Shown one piece after another: positions 11,052 to 23,612 of a stretch of 64,000 nt of DNA. The position numbers and the translations under genes are program-made. The notes under the pieces were generated by a model. That model was not told the origin of the DNA, did no database searches, and saw only the letters and a program-made list of their open reading frames with translations. Position 1 is the first letter of the stretch; the number at the start of each line of letters is the position of its first letter. The DNA is from an uncultured Planctomycetota bacterium (GTDB lineage Bacteria > Planctomycetota > Planctomycetia > Isosphaerales > Isosphaeraceae): contig CAWJTV010000034.1 in assembly GCA_963845755.1 (NCBI GenBank), positions 480,001-544,000 on the forward strand, in the 5' to 3' direction.

Positions 11052-14000
11052 CTATGGCCCGTCGTGCGAACTCGTCTTTTCCTCGAACGGATCGGAGATC
11101 GTTTCGTCCTCCGCTCGGCGAGATGAGAGGGCGATCAACCGTTCGCCCAGCACGTAATAGACGGGGATGACGAACCGGCCGAGGACCGTGCTGACCAGGA
11201 TGCCAAACGCGATGACGACGCCCAGGGAGTTCCGGCTGTAAGCCCCGGCGCCGGTGGCGCGTGCCATCGGCAAGACGCCCATCACGAAGGCGAACGAGGT
11301 CATCAGGATCGGCCGCAGCCGTTGCCGCGCCGCCTCCTTGGCCGAATCGATGATGCTCATCCCGTGCTTCTCCTGGAGCTCGACCCCGAACTCGACGATC
11401 AGGATGGCATTTTTTGTCTCCAGGCCGATGAGCATCACGAGCCCGATCTGCCCGAAGACGTCCAGCGGCATGTTGTAGAGCCACAGCCCCACCACCGCGC
11501 CGAACATCGCCAGAGGGACCGTGAAGATGATCACCAGCGGCCGGACCCAGCTCTCGTAGAGCGCCGCCATGAACAGGAAGACGCAGACGATCGAGAGCGC
11601 GAAGATCCAGCCCGCGACGTTGCCCGTCTTCTGCTCCTGGAATGTGGTCCCGGTCCACTCATAAGAGAAGCCTTCCGGGAGCGTGAGATCGGCGACTTCT
11701 TCCATCGCCTTGATGGCCTGACCGGAACTGTAACCCGTCGCGGGCTGACCGTTGATCCTGGCGGCATTGTAGAGGTTGTAGTGGGGCACGTCGATGGGAC
11801 CGAGGGTGTAATTCACATCCCCCAGGGCGCCGAGTTGCACCTTCTGCCTCTGTCGATTGAGCACGTAGAGGGAGCGGATGTCGGCAGGCTTGGCCCTGTT
11901 CTTCCCCTCCGCCTGGATGAAGACTTTCCAGACCTTGCCGTAAAGGTTGAAGTCGTTGACATAATAGCCGCCGAGGTAGGTCTGGAGCACGGAGAAGACG
12001 TCGGCGACGGAGACGTCGAGCCGCTCGGCCTTGGTGCGATCGAAGTCGAAGCGGAGCTGGGGCACGCGGGCCGAGAAGGGGGTGAATAGTCCCGCCAGCT
12101 CCGGACGTCTGCGAGCGGCATCGAGGAACTGGTCGGTGATCTGGGCCAGCGCCTCGACTCCCTTGCCGTCGCGGTCCTCGATCATGAACTCGAATCCGCC
12201 GGTCTGGCTCAGGCCGCGGATCGGCGGCGGTTCGAGGACCAGGGCGACGGCGCCTTGCACCTCGGCCCGCAGCGCGGCCTGGAGCTTCCTCGCCATCGCG
12301 TTGGCACGCAGCTCGGGCGTCTTCCGTTCCGACCACTCCTTGAGCGTGACGAACGCCACCGCGGAATTCGTCTGGTTGGTGGAGCTGAGGACATTGAAGC
12401 CGTCGAGCAGCACCACGTCGCTGACGCCATCCAACTGCATCGCGATGCGGCTGACATCTTGCGCGATCCGTGTGGTCACCTGACGTCCGGTGCCATCCGG
12501 CGTCTGAATTGCCGCGATCAGATACCCCTGGTCCTCGGTCGGGATGAACGCCTTGGGCCGCTCGATCAGCATGTAATACGTCAGGGCCAGCAGGGCCAGC
12601 GAGGGAATCACGATCGTCCACCACTGGTGGGCCGTGAATTCGAGGAACGCGTCGTACGAGTTCTCGAGCCACGCATGCCCCGGTTGAACCATTGGAACAG
12701 GATGAACTTCGACTCGCCATGCTTGGGCCGGAGGAACACCCGCGACATCGCAGGGCTGAAGGTGAGGGAGTTGATCGCGGAGAATAAGAACGAGAACACA
12801 ATCGTGAGGGCGAATTGCTTATACAGGTTGCCGGTCAGGCCGGGGATGAACGCCACCGGGACGAAGACCGCCGCCAGGACGAGCGTGATGGTGACGATCG
12901 GCGCGGTGATTTCTGCCATCGCCGCCCGCACCGCCTGGAGCGGCGAGTCGCCACGCTCGAGGAACTTCTCGACGTTCTCCACGACGATGATCGCGTCGTT
13001 AACCACCAGGCCGATCGCGAGGATCAACCCGCAGAGTGTGAGTGTGTTGATCGAGAAGCCGAACGCGGACATCATGGCGAAGGTGGCCACGAGCGCCACC
13101 GGGATGGCCAGCATCGGGATGATCGTCGCCCGCACGCCCTGGAGGAACACGAAGACCACGAGGAGGACCAGGACGAACGCTTCGAGGAGGGTCTCCTGGA
13201 CCTCGACGATGTTCTCGTGAACGTACTTGGTCGTGTCGTAGGCGATGCGGTACTCCAGACCTGGCGGGAAGTTCCTGGCGAGCCGGTCCATGCTCGCGCG
13301 GACCTGCTTGACGATGTCCAGCGCATTGGCGTCGGAATACTGGTAGACCGGGAGCGTGCCGGCCGGCTTGCCGCTGAGCCAGCCGGAGGTCTCGTAGTTC
13401 TCCGAATCCAGCTCGACTCGTGCGACCTCGCTGAGACGGACGATCGAGCCGTCGTCCCGGCGTCGTACGACGATCTCTTCGAACTCGGAAACCTTCGCGA
13501 GTCGGCCCTTGGTGAGGATCGGAAATTCGAAGACCAGCCCAGGCGGCCCCGGCTGGCCGCCGATCTTGCCCGCGGCCGCCTGGCGGTTCTCCGACTGGAT
13601 CGCCTGGATGACCTCGGTGGGCGAGATGCGCTGGGCGGCCATGCGGTCCGGGTCGAGCCAGACACGCATGGCGTACTTCCGCCCGAACGCGTTAACGTCG
13701 CTGACGCCGGGGATCCGACGGAGGACGTCGAGCACGTAAATCTGCGCGTAATTATCCAGGAATGTGGAGTCGTAATGACCGTCGGGCGAGACCAGGTTGA
13801 CCACGCAGACCATGTCCGTCGAGGTCTTCTTGATGGTCACGCCGAACTGCTTCACCTCCGGCGGCAGTACGGCCTCGGCCGTCTGGACGCGGTTCTGGAT
13901 GTCGACCGCGGCGATGTCCTGCGAATAGCCGACGTCGAAGGTCGCGACGATGTTCGCGAGGCCATTGCTGGTGCTCTCGGAGCTGAAATAGATCATCCCC

Positions 14001-14218
14001 TTCACACCGTTGATCTGCTGCTCGATCGGCGTACTGACGGTCTCGGCCACGGTCCTGGCGTCGGCGCCGGTATAGGTCGTGGTCACCTGGACCTGCGCGG
14101 GCGTGACCTGGGGATACTGCGAGACTGGGAGGATGAACAGGCAGATGCCGCCGACCAGGAGCATCAGCAGGGCCAGCACCGTCGCGAAGATCGGCCGGCC
14201 GATGAAGAAGTTGACCAT
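11052..14218 (-). CDS. HAE1-family RND efflux permease (AcrB/MexF-like), frameshift near 12680
   Basis: FFIGRPIFA, GLVVNDAIIVVENVE, KNAILIVEF, RLRPILMTS. Confidence 0.93.
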
Positions 14219-14436
14219 GCTCGAGCCTTCCTCCGTACGATCTCCGCGCGGTGCGGCCGCTTTAAAGATTCCGATTCAATATTCAAAATTTCAGATAAGG
14301 ATGATTACGGTTTTTAAATTTTTAATCCCGAATCTTGAACTCCTCTTGGATTGCGGTCGAAGGCCGCATCGGGCTCCCCTCGCTGGCGAGTCTGGTTTGG
14401 GTTGTGACGAGAAAAGCCCGAATCGCTGCCCATCCC

Positions 14437-15868
14437 TCATTTCTGTTTGTCGGGCGCCGTGTCCTTCGTGACGGGATGCGTCGGCTTGCGACGGGCGTCG
14501 GGCTCCAGCCCGGGAATGCGCGAGATGGAGCTGTTGAATCGCTGATCGCCGGTCGCGGTCGTTGTCTCGGCCCGGATGTACTTCGTCAGCGGAGCTTCCT
14601 GTGGCTCGACGATCTGATCCTGGCGCACGAGCTGGATCCCTTCGACGACGACCTTCTGGCCCGATTCGAGCCCCGATTCCAGCACTCGCAGTCCCTCATA
14701 GACATCGACCGGCTTGACCTTGACGACCTGCACCTTGTTCGCGGCGTCGACGACATAGACGCGCGAGCCATCCTGCCCCTCGATCACCGACTGCTCCGGA
14801 ACAACCACGGCATCCACATACTGGCCGACGATCATCCCGGCGCGGACATACTCGCCCGGCAAGAGGGACCCGTCGGGATTCGGGACCGCCGCACGCATCA
14901 GGAACGTCAACGTGGTAGTGTCCACGACGTTGTCGATAAAGATGGCCCTGCCGAAATGGGGGTGCTGGCGCTCGCCCTCGACAGTCAGCTCGACCTTCAA
15001 GCCGGGGCCGAGGCTGCGCCGTCGCCACCGGGAGATACCGAGCGGGCGGGCGAAAGTCCAATCCCATCGGATCGAGCTGCTGGATCGTGACCAGCTCGGT
15101 CGCCTGGCCATCGCCGACCAGGTTGCCGACCTTGATCTTCAGCTCGCCGATGCGCCCATCGATGGGTGCCATCATCCGGCAATAGCCCAGATTGAGGTGG
15201 GCATCGTCGACGCCGGCCTTGGCTCGGGCGAAGTCGGACTTGGCGGTCTCGATATTGATCCGATAATCGGCCTCCTCCTGCTCCAGGTTGGCGCGATCGG
15301 ACTCGACTTGAGCCGCGGTCTTCTTGAGCTGAGCCTCGGCCTTATCGTAGTCGTCCTGAGACGCCGCCTTGCGCGAAAGCAGGCTGCGTTCGCGCCGTTC
15401 CTCGACGCGGTCGAGCAATAGCTGGGCCTGGTCCAGATCGAGTTGGGCCTTGGCGACCTGGGGCCTTCGCGAGGCCTCGGCTTTCTTCAAAGCCGCCCCG
15501 GCCGCCTCGAGCTGCGCCTCGGCCTGCGCGAGCTGGAGCTTGTAAGGCTGCTCGTCGATCACCAGCAAGAGTTGAGCTTTCTTGACATTGCCGCCTTCCT
15601 CGAAATGCTTCTCCGTGAGGAATCCCTTGACTCGCGCCCGTATCGTCACGTCCTGGAGGGCTCGGGTCGTGCCGATCGGGTTGACGACGATCGGCAGAGT
15701 CCGCTTCTCCGATAGGGTGACCGTAACCTTGGGCGGCGGCGGTTTATGCTCCGGTTCCTGAGTCACGCGACAGCCGGCGAGCCCCAGCGCGATTGTCGCC
15801 GCCGAGCCCGCTATCAGCGGGAACATTCTGGATACGAACGACCGAGCCGGTGCTGGCGATAGCGTCAT
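14437..15868 (-). CDS. RND periplasmic adaptor (MFP) lipoprotein, frameshift near 15050
   Basis: LAGC lipobox, VTIRARVKG, APIDGRIG, LLPGEYV. Confidence 0.9.
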
Positions 15869-15960
15869 GTTCGTTGTCCGTCGTCCTTCTTCCGTTCCGA
15901 GTCCGCCTCGGGGCAGGGCGCGATCCCTGGGCCAGGCGGAAGCCATCATACTGAGGCTCA

Positions 15961-17016
15961 TCAGGGAACGCCATGGACGTCGGACGGCTTCTTACGAGCC
16001 ACATCCCAGCCGGGAAGGGTGACCGGCTCCTGGCCCGGCGGCGGTGGCTCGACCAGCTTGCCGTAGAGCTCGGGGCGACGCGCCCGGAGATAGCGCCGGC
16101 CCGACGAATGCTCCAGTTTTTCGGGTGTCAGCAGGGCCACGACGACATCGTCATCGAGCGCCCGGCTCTCGGCGAGGACCTCGCCGAACGGGTCGAGGAT
16201 CATGGCGAGGCCGGGCTTGACCGTGTCGTCGTCGAGGCCGATCGGGTTGCTGAAGACGGCATAGACGCCGTTCTCCCAGGCGCACGCCGGGAGCCACCTC
16301 ATTAGCCAGCCACGACCCTTCGGGCCTTGAAACTCGAGTTGCAGCCGGACCGGGTCGCGTTCTCGGTTGTCCCACAAGGTCCGGCCCACGATGCCTCGCC
16401 CCGGCATGATCGAGGGAAGGCATCCGGTCACATGCGGCATGAAGATGACCTCGGCGCCCATCATCGCCGTGATGCGGACGTTCTCCGGCAAGTTGTTGTC
16501 GTAGCAGATCAGGAAGCCGGCCTTGATGCCCCGGATCTCGACGACGTTGTACGAATCCCCGGGAGTCAAGGCGGGATTGATGAACGTGTGCAGTTTGCGA
16601 TACTTGGTGATGAATCCCTCCGGACCGACCGTCACATAGCAATTATGGAGCGTCCCCGACGGATCCGACTCGACGAGCCCGGCCATCACCACAGCATCAT
16701 ACCTCCGCGCAATCGCTTCCAATGCACGGACCGACAGACCGCCCGGGACCGGCTCCGCCACCGCGGAAAGCCCGGAGCGGCTCAAGTTCTGGAGATAAGT
16801 ATAACCCGAAATCGCACATTCGTGGAAGCTGACGATCTCGGCACCTTGCTCCACGGCGCGGCGAGTCAGTGCGTCGATCCGGGAGAGATTATATTCTTTA
16901 TCGTTATTGCGATGCTCGAACTGGGCGGTGGCCACTCGGATGTCTCGCACGGGAACGTCCTTTTCAGCCAGCACAGAAACGGGATGTCTCCGATGGTTCG
17001 ATCCCGGATGCATCAT
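15961..17016 (-). CDS. nitrilase / carbon-nitrogen hydrolase family protein
   Basis: FHEC, YRKLH, LICYD catalytic E-K-C motifs. Confidence 0.9.
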   Translation of the reverse strand: MMHPGSNHRRHPVSVLAEKDVPVRDIRVATAQFEHRNNDKEYNLSRIDALTRRAVEQGAEIVSFHECAISGYTYLQNLSRSGLSAVAEPVPGGLSVRALEAIARRYDAVVMAGLVESDPSGTLHNCYVTVGPEGFITKYRKLHTFINPALTPGDSYNVVEIRGIKAGFLICYDNNLPENVRITAMMGAEVIFMPHVTGCLPSIMPGRGIVGRTLWDNRERDPVRLQLEFQGPKGRGWLMRWLPACAWENGVYAVFSNPIGLDDDTVKPGLAMILDPFGEVLAESRALDDDVVVALLTPEKLEHSSGRRYLRARRPELYGKLVEPPPPGQEPVTLPGWDVARKKPSDVHGVP

Positions 17017-17430
17017 TCTGACACAGGATCGGCCTGGATGCCGATTCTAACAGGATGGATCTGCTCGCGTGCGATGAAGGCGTCCGGATTTCGGGTGCCC
17101 GGGAGGAGCGATGCAGGAGTACGACACGTGCGGCAGGTGCCTGATCCAGGACCACGGCAATTCGATCCGGGTGCACGGATGATTCCAATACGGCCTGGAC
17201 CAGGAAATGGGGAGCAGCGCACTTCGAGACGCGCGTCCGCCCTGTGCTGGCCCTCAGGCGTTGCGGCGTGCCGACATGGCGAGTATGTTAAGCAATTGTC
17301 GAATCGCCGGGGACGCTGCATCGTCAACCTCCGAGATTCAGTCACGCCAACGACACCACTCCATTCGAAATACCGCGGGTCTTCCCGCTGGTCCGCCAGA
17401 CTACGCCGCTCGATCCGAGAAGGAGACAAC

Positions 17431-19293
17431 ATGGACCGCATCTTCAGAGGGACTTCGCGCGTGTTGATCGCAGTGTTCGTGGCGGTGGCGACGGCGGGCC
17501 TTGCGATGGCGCAGCAAGCCGCGGTGGTTGGGACGCTCGACGGCCACACCGAGGCCGTTTACTCGGTCGCCTGGAGTCCGGACGGCAAGACGCTGGCGAC
17601 GGCCGGATTCGACAACACGGTCCGGTTCTGGGACGTCGCCAAACGCAAGGAGATCCAGAAGTACGAAGGGCATTCCAAGCTGGTCCTTGCCGTCGCGATC
17701 TCGCCGAACGGGCGGCAGATCCTCTCCGGGAGCATCGATAACACCGCAAAGGTCTGGGACGTTCCGTCATTCGAACCGCGGCGTCTGGACGCCGGGCAAC
17801 CGATCAACTCCTTCGCGCTGAGCGACGATGGGACCAAGTTGGCGACCGGCGGCGATGACAAGATTCTGCGGATCTGGAACCGGACCGATTGGAAGCTGAT
17901 CCGGGAAATCTCAGTAGCGGACCAGCCGATTGTCTCCGTCGCGTTCCGCCAGGATGGATCTCAGATCGCCCTGGCCCTCGCGAACAAGTCGGTGCGGATT
18001 TGCGGCGTCGCCGACGGCAAGGAGGTCAAGAAAATCGAAGGCTTACCGTCGCCGATCACTTCGATAGCGTTCCGGGCGGATGGCTCGCGGCTAGCGATCG
18101 CCGGAGAGGACAACATGATCCGGATCGTCGGCGCCGGTGATGGCAAGACCATCAAGGAGCTGAAGGGACACACCGGGCGGATTCACGCTTTGGCATTCGC
18201 GCCGAAGGACGGCAACCAGATGGCTTCGGGATCGGCCGACAAGACGGCCCGGCTCTGGGACACGAATCAGGGGAAAACTTTGCGGACCTTGGCGGGCCAT
18301 GGGGACGCCGTTGGCGGCCTGGGTTTCAGCCGGGATGGCACCAAGCTCGTGACCGGCTCGCAGGACAAGACGGTCCGAACCTGGAACGCGGCCGACGGCA
18401 AGCTACTCCTGGCGATCCCGGGGCTCCCGGCCGGAGTGAGTGCCGTGGCTGTCTCGGGCAACGGTGCACTCACGGCGGCGGGCCTGACGGACGGGACCGT
18501 CAAGGTCTTCGACACGGCGGCGACCCAGGCCGCGAAGTCCGAGCGTGCCACCTACCGGGGCTCCGCTAGCCCGGTGACCGGGCTGGCATTCTTGCCGGAT
18601 TCGACCGGGCTGATCTCCGCCTCCACCGACAAGACCGTCGAACTCTGGACACTTCCTTCTTCCGCGGCATTCAAGACATTCACAGGCCATACCGGCCAAA
18701 TTTATGGCGTCGCCTGGAGCCCCGACGGCAAGCTGGCGGCGACCGCGGCCGCCGACAAGACGGCGCGGATCTGGGATGTGGCCAAGGGGACCTCGCTCCG
18801 ATCGATCGCCGCCGATCCCAACGTTGTCTATGCCGTCGCGTTCGGCCGCAAGGGAGACGTGCTCGCCACTGGCGGTGACGACAAGTTGATCAAGTACTGG
18901 AACGTCGCCGACGGCAAGGAACTGCGGAAGAGTCAGGGCCACGGCGCCGCGGTCTATAGCCTGGCCTTTCATCCCGACGGCACCACGCTGGCTTCCGGCT
19001 CGGTCAACAAGACCGTGCGAATCTGGAACGTGACCGATGGCAAGGAGCGACACAAGCTCGACGGGCACCCTTATGAAATCTACTCGATCTCCTTCAGTCC
19101 CGACGGTCAGAAACTGGCTTCGGTCGACGTCGGCGGCACCCTGTTCGTCTGGAACGTCTCCGAGGCCAAGCCGATCTTTCACCAACGCGTGGCCGCGGAC
19201 ATCATGACCTACGGCGTAGCCTGGAGTCCCGATGGGTCTCAACTGGCCGTCGCCGGGTCGAACAACAGGACGTACCTGCTGAAACTGCCGTGA
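17431..19293 (+). CDS. secreted WD40-repeat protein
   Basis: AAGGAG ribosome-binding site, signal peptide, many GH...WD repeats. Confidence 0.9.
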   Translation: MDRIFRGTSRVLIAVFVAVATAGLAMAQQAAVVGTLDGHTEAVYSVAWSPDGKTLATAGFDNTVRFWDVAKRKEIQKYEGHSKLVLAVAISPNGRQILSGSIDNTAKVWDVPSFEPRRLDAGQPINSFALSDDGTKLATGGDDKILRIWNRTDWKLIREISVADQPIVSVAFRQDGSQIALALANKSVRICGVADGKEVKKIEGLPSPITSIAFRADGSRLAIAGEDNMIRIVGAGDGKTIKELKGHTGRIHALAFAPKDGNQMASGSADKTARLWDTNQGKTLRTLAGHGDAVGGLGFSRDGTKLVTGSQDKTVRTWNAADGKLLLAIPGLPAGVSAVAVSGNGALTAAGLTDGTVKVFDTAATQAAKSERATYRGSASPVTGLAFLPDSTGLISASTDKTVELWTLPSSAAFKTFTGHTGQIYGVAWSPDGKLAATAAADKTARIWDVAKGTSLRSIAADPNVVYAVAFGRKGDVLATGGDDKLIKYWNVADGKELRKSQGHGAAVYSLAFHPDGTTLASGSVNKTVRIWNVTDGKERHKLDGHPYEIYSISFSPDGQKLASVDVGGTLFVWNVSEAKPIFHQRVAADIMTYGVAWSPDGSQLAVAGSNNRTYLLKLP

Positions 19294-19302
19294 TCGCAGC
19301 GG

Positions 19303-19746
19303 TCATCCCTGTTCGGGCAGATCGGACATGGGAACCATCTCACCCCAGGCGCGGAGGATGCCGACGGGACCGTCGAACCTCCAGCCGCCGTTCTCGAAGA
19401 CGAACTGGTAGACCGGGCCGATGCGATTGGTCGGGCAGATCCAAACGTTCGGACCTTCGCGCCAGGCCTTGAAGTTCTTGTTGAGGTTCCGCGGGATGCC
19501 GACGAGTCCCCCCTCGGCCGCGACCGACAGGGCATGGGTCTGGAGGTAGCGCGCCGAACAGAGCGACCGCGCCGCCTGGAGCCGCTCGGACTCGCTGAGG
19601 CCCGGCCGATTGGCGACGGTGAAGAGCTCGGAGCACGTCCGCATCGCCCCGCGCACCGGTTGCGTGGCGATGATCTCGAACGCCAGGCCACCGATCACGA
19701 TCGAGGTGATGGCACTCGCGATCAGGATCCAGCGGATTCGGGACAT
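19303..19746 (-). CDS. hypothetical protein with N-terminal membrane anchor
   Basis: hydrophobic N-terminus; coding-like GC3 pattern. Confidence 0.65.
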   Translation of the reverse strand: MSRIRWILIASAITSIVIGGLAFEIIATQPVRGAMRTCSELFTVANRPGLSESERLQAARSLCSARYLQTHALSVAAEGGLVGIPRNLNKNFKAWREGPNVWICPTNRIGPVYQFVFENGGWRFDGPVGILRAWGEMVPMSDLPEQG

Positions 19747-19874
19747 GGGGAACCATCCACGGCGAGCCGAACGGGCTGGGAGCAACAGGCGTCATCCCCT
19801 ATGATAATGGGGATGTCCGCTCGCTGCCGATAGAATCCTCAGAAGTTTCCCGCGATGCCCGATTGGGACGATCC

Positions 19875-20846
19875 ATGAGTAAGATCCCCGACAATCGCAC
19901 CACGCCGAAGGGTCGTACGTTCAAGATGAAGCCTAAAAGGAAGGCTGAGGACGGCGAGGGTTCGTTCGAATACGGTTATCGTGATGTGCGGAAGAAGCTC
20001 CCGAGCGGTCGGTATGGCTTCGTGCGTGTTCCCTTAACCTTGGATGATTTGTTGCACCCCAAGGAAGGAGACGTCCAAGTCCATAGTGTTTCGCATACCG
20101 ACGATCGCACCTACCTAAGGTGTGTACTTGGGGCTCGGCTCGCGATCGACCACTCGGTCGTTGTGTTCTCCAACTGTGGCATATTCTGGGACATTCCCGG
20201 CCTGAGACACCATAGCCCCGACCTGGCCGTGATCTTCGGAGTGAAGCAGCGAAAGGACTGGGTGGCATTCTACGTCAAGAAGGAGAAGGTACGGCCATCC
20301 TTGATCATCGAGGTGACGTCGACCGGTACGCGGGTTCTCGACGTCAAGACGAAGGTCGAGCAATACGCGGAGGCGCGGGTGCCCTATTACGTCATCGCCG
20401 ATGCCCGGGAGGAACCGGACGCAGAAGGACAGGTCCGTAGGCGGCTCGACCTGATTGCCTATCGGTTGAAAGGAGAGGCTTACGAGCGTGTGCCGGCAGA
20501 TCAACAGGGACGAGTTCGCCTGGAGCCGGTGAACTTGCTGTTGGGAGTGCGGGTGGATCGCCTGACGGGTAGCGACCGCCTCGTGCTGATCGATCCGGCG
20601 ACCAACGAGGAAATCGGCGACTACACGGCCGTGGACCAAGCCTATGCCGCCGCGGTAAAGGCCCGCGCCGCCGCCGAGGCTCGGGGCAAAGTCGCTGAAG
20701 CCCAGATCAAGGCCGCCGAGGTCCGACTTCAGGCCGCCCAGGCTCGGCTTCGCGAGCTGGAGGCCGGCTCGGAACGGGTGCAAGCGTGGAGAGTAAACGA
20801 TGGCACGGCCAAGGAAAGCCCAATCACGACCTCAGCCGCTTCTTGA
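19875..20846 (+). CDS. Uma2 (DUF820) restriction-endonuclease-fold protein with coiled-coil tail
   Basis: HSPDLAV, PSLIIEVTS, KVEQYAEARVPYYVIAD. Confidence 0.85.
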   Translation: MSKIPDNRTTPKGRTFKMKPKRKAEDGEGSFEYGYRDVRKKLPSGRYGFVRVPLTLDDLLHPKEGDVQVHSVSHTDDRTYLRCVLGARLAIDHSVVVFSNCGIFWDIPGLRHHSPDLAVIFGVKQRKDWVAFYVKKEKVRPSLIIEVTSTGTRVLDVKTKVEQYAEARVPYYVIADAREEPDAEGQVRRRLDLIAYRLKGEAYERVPADQQGRVRLEPVNLLLGVRVDRLTGSDRLVLIDPATNEEIGDYTAVDQAYAAAVKARAAAEARGKVAEAQIKAAEVRLQAAQARLRELEAGSERVQAWRVNDGTAKESPITTSAAS

Positions 20847-22224
20847 GATCCTCGCGAAGCCGGTCGATCACCGAGTCGGCCTTGGCCTGCGCGAGGATCT
20901 GCTGGATGACGGTCTTGATCCCGCGCGGTCCCCACTGGCAGCCCTGACGAAGGTAGGTCTTGGCACCCTGGCCAAGGACGTACGACGTCATGGCGCCGGT
21001 CGCCGCCTGGCCTAATCCAATCGCGCCGTAGCCCAGTGCGGTGAGCGGAGCAGCCAGCCCGCCGCTCATGACCGTCAACCCGGCCAGCGACGACTTCAGT
21101 CCGCTGGCCAGCAAGCGGCTGGCAACGCCGACGAGGCCCATCGCGCCGAGCGCCAGCATCATGTCGCGGACCAGGCTGGCCGCGGTCCGGCGCGTCAAAG
21201 GGATGCCGTAAAGCTTGCTCAACGTGAGGATCATCCCCACGTCAACGGCCAGGCCGCCGGCCATGTCAGCGACCGGTATGGGGTTGATCGCGACCGCCGC
21301 TCCTTTGGCCATCGCGAAGTTCCAGATCAGCCGGTTGGCCGCCTCATCCCGGATCTGAATCTTCCGCGCCACGATCTCGGCATGGAGGTCGCCCGCCATG
21401 AGCAAGGTATTCAAGGCGACCAGAGCTTTGCCCTCGCGGTCGAGTACGTCGAGGATGCGGACCTTGAGCGGCTCGATCAACGGAGCCGGACGCTCCCACT
21501 GGGTCTGGACCGTCCCGTCGGGAAGTTGCACCCGGACCTTGAAGGCGTCGGGCCGGGCCGCGGTCATCACGACGTCTTCGGGACGGACCAGGTGCTTGAC
21601 CCGCTCGTCCTTGATCTTGGCATAGATCTGGTCGCGGTCGAGGTCGGGATAGCGATCGATCTGGTTGAAGACCAGGATGATCGGCTTTTGTACTTCGCGT
21701 AGCTCATTGAGAGCCTCGATCTCGACGCGCTGCATGTCGCCCGAGACGATGAAGAGGATCAGATCCGCATGACGCGCGACATCGATGCGCGAGCGCCTCG
21801 CGGGCCTCGCCGCCGACCTCATCGATGCCCGGAGTATCGACCACGACGAGTTTGGCACCCGCCAATCCGGGACGGCCGATGGCGCTCTGCTCCCATCGCT
21901 GGGCGGCGCGGACGACCGTGGTGCCGTGCGTCGCGCCGATCTTGAACACCTCCTGGCCGATCAGCGCAGTTGAGGACCGACGACTTCCCCCGGCTGACCA
22001 TGCCGAATGCAGCGATCTCGATGGTCGTCTCGTCGAGCTTCCGGGTCAGGTCGCGGAGCTGGCGCAGTTCCTCGGCCAGCACCTGCTCTTCCTCGGGCGT
22101 GAGTTTGAGCCCCGCCAGGGTCTCCTCGAGGCTCTCCCGCGCAGCGCTCGACAGTCTGGTCGGTCACCTCACTCTGTCGGTCCAGTTCGTCGAGCAACTC
22201 GATCAGCTCCTCGTTGCCGGCCAT
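20824..22224 (-). CDS. GTPase with DUF697/YcjF C-terminus, two frameshifts
   Basis: FGMVSRGKSS (G1), DTPG (G3), NQID (G4-like), NPIPVAD. Confidence 0.85.
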
Positions 22225-23589
22225 GGTCCGGGGTCCTTTATTGTCGCCGGGTTCGGATGGCTTGTTCGCACCACTCGGCTGTTCGCAGAAGTTTCAGGTC
22301 CTGGAATGGCGAGGCGACGAGCTGCAAGGCAACCGGCAGGCCGTCCGGCGCGAGGCCGATTGGGAACGAGACTGTGGGCAGCCCCGTGTAGCTCCACGGC
22401 GCAGTTGAAGGATGGATCCCCGGTGGTCGCCCGATCGGGAGCCGTACTGGGAGCAGCGGGCGTAATCCATGCGGGGGCCTTCTTCGAATTCAAGTGTTCC
22501 ATCATTCGAAACATCGTCAATGTCATGCGATCCCTGGCTTGGATGTAGTCCAACGCCAGTCGTGTTCGGCCCTCCAAAACGATTTCTCGGATGCGAGGTG
22601 GATAATCGTCAGGAAAGTCATCGAGCCAGTCGGAATGCACCTTGGCGGCTTCGGCGGTCAAGACCGTGCGATGGTCCTGGAGGATCGCCTCGAAGTCGAC
22701 AGGGTCATCGAGTTCGACGATGTCTGCTCCTCGATCCACGAAGGCTTGAACAGCCTCGTCGAGCACAGAGCGAAGGGCCGGCGTGGCGAGACGATCAAAA
22801 AAGCCCCGCGGGCGGCCGAGTCTAACAGGCAGTGGCGGGCAGAAATCGAACTGACGGTCGAGTCTTTTCTCGTCGGCCATCGCCAGCAGCAGGAGTCGAA
22901 GGTCATCGACCGTTCGACCGATCGGGCCGACATGATCCAGGCTTTCGGCAAACGGCAAGAGACCTTGCATCGCGTGAGTAATAGTCATCTTGCCCGGCTT
23001 CATCCCGGAGACACCGCAAAACGCGGCTGGCCGTGTGATCGACCCGCCCGTCTGGGTGCCCAACGCCCCGTAGCACATGCCGCAGGCCACTGCCGCGGCC
23101 GAGCCGCTCGACGAGCCGCCAGGCGTCCGTTCAAGATTCCACGGATTGCGCGTCACCGGGGGATCGAGACAAGCATACGCTGTCGTCACGGTTTTGCCCA
23201 TGATCACCGCGCCCGCCGTCCGGAGCCGGGCGACGACCTCAGCATCCTTCTGGGCGATCCGATCGACCCAGCGCTCCGCCCCGCAGGCCGTGGGCAGTCC
23301 CTTCACGTCGAAGATGTCCTTGATTCCGATCGGAATGCCATGAAGCGGGCCACGATCGTTGCCGGCTTTCAGCTCCTCATCGAGCGCCCGCGCCTGAGCG
23401 AGTGCTCCCTCTCGATCGAGCACGACCCAGGCGTGGACCTTGCGCTCCCACTCATCGACCTGTTCGAAAACAACGATTGAGCACATCGACGCAGGAAACG
23501 CGGCCCTCTCGAATCGCGCAGCCGATGCCGGCAATCGTCTGCTCGGGCCTGGGAAAAAGGCGCGGATAGTCTCGGTGTGCGTCGCTCAT
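22220..23589 (-). CDS. amidase signature family protein (frameshifted; ends approximate)
   Basis: GPLHGIPIGIKD, TPGGSSSGSAAAVA, GTQTGGSITRPA. Confidence 0.88.
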
Positions 23590-23612
23590 CGGGTTCGTCC
23601 TGGATTGGCCTT

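Noticed and set aside
16327..17430. Long N-terminal extension of the WD40 ORF and other long overlapping ORFs
   Set aside because: Antisense shadow of the nitrilase gene, typical of GC-rich DNA; a good ribosome-binding site and signal peptide start at 17431.
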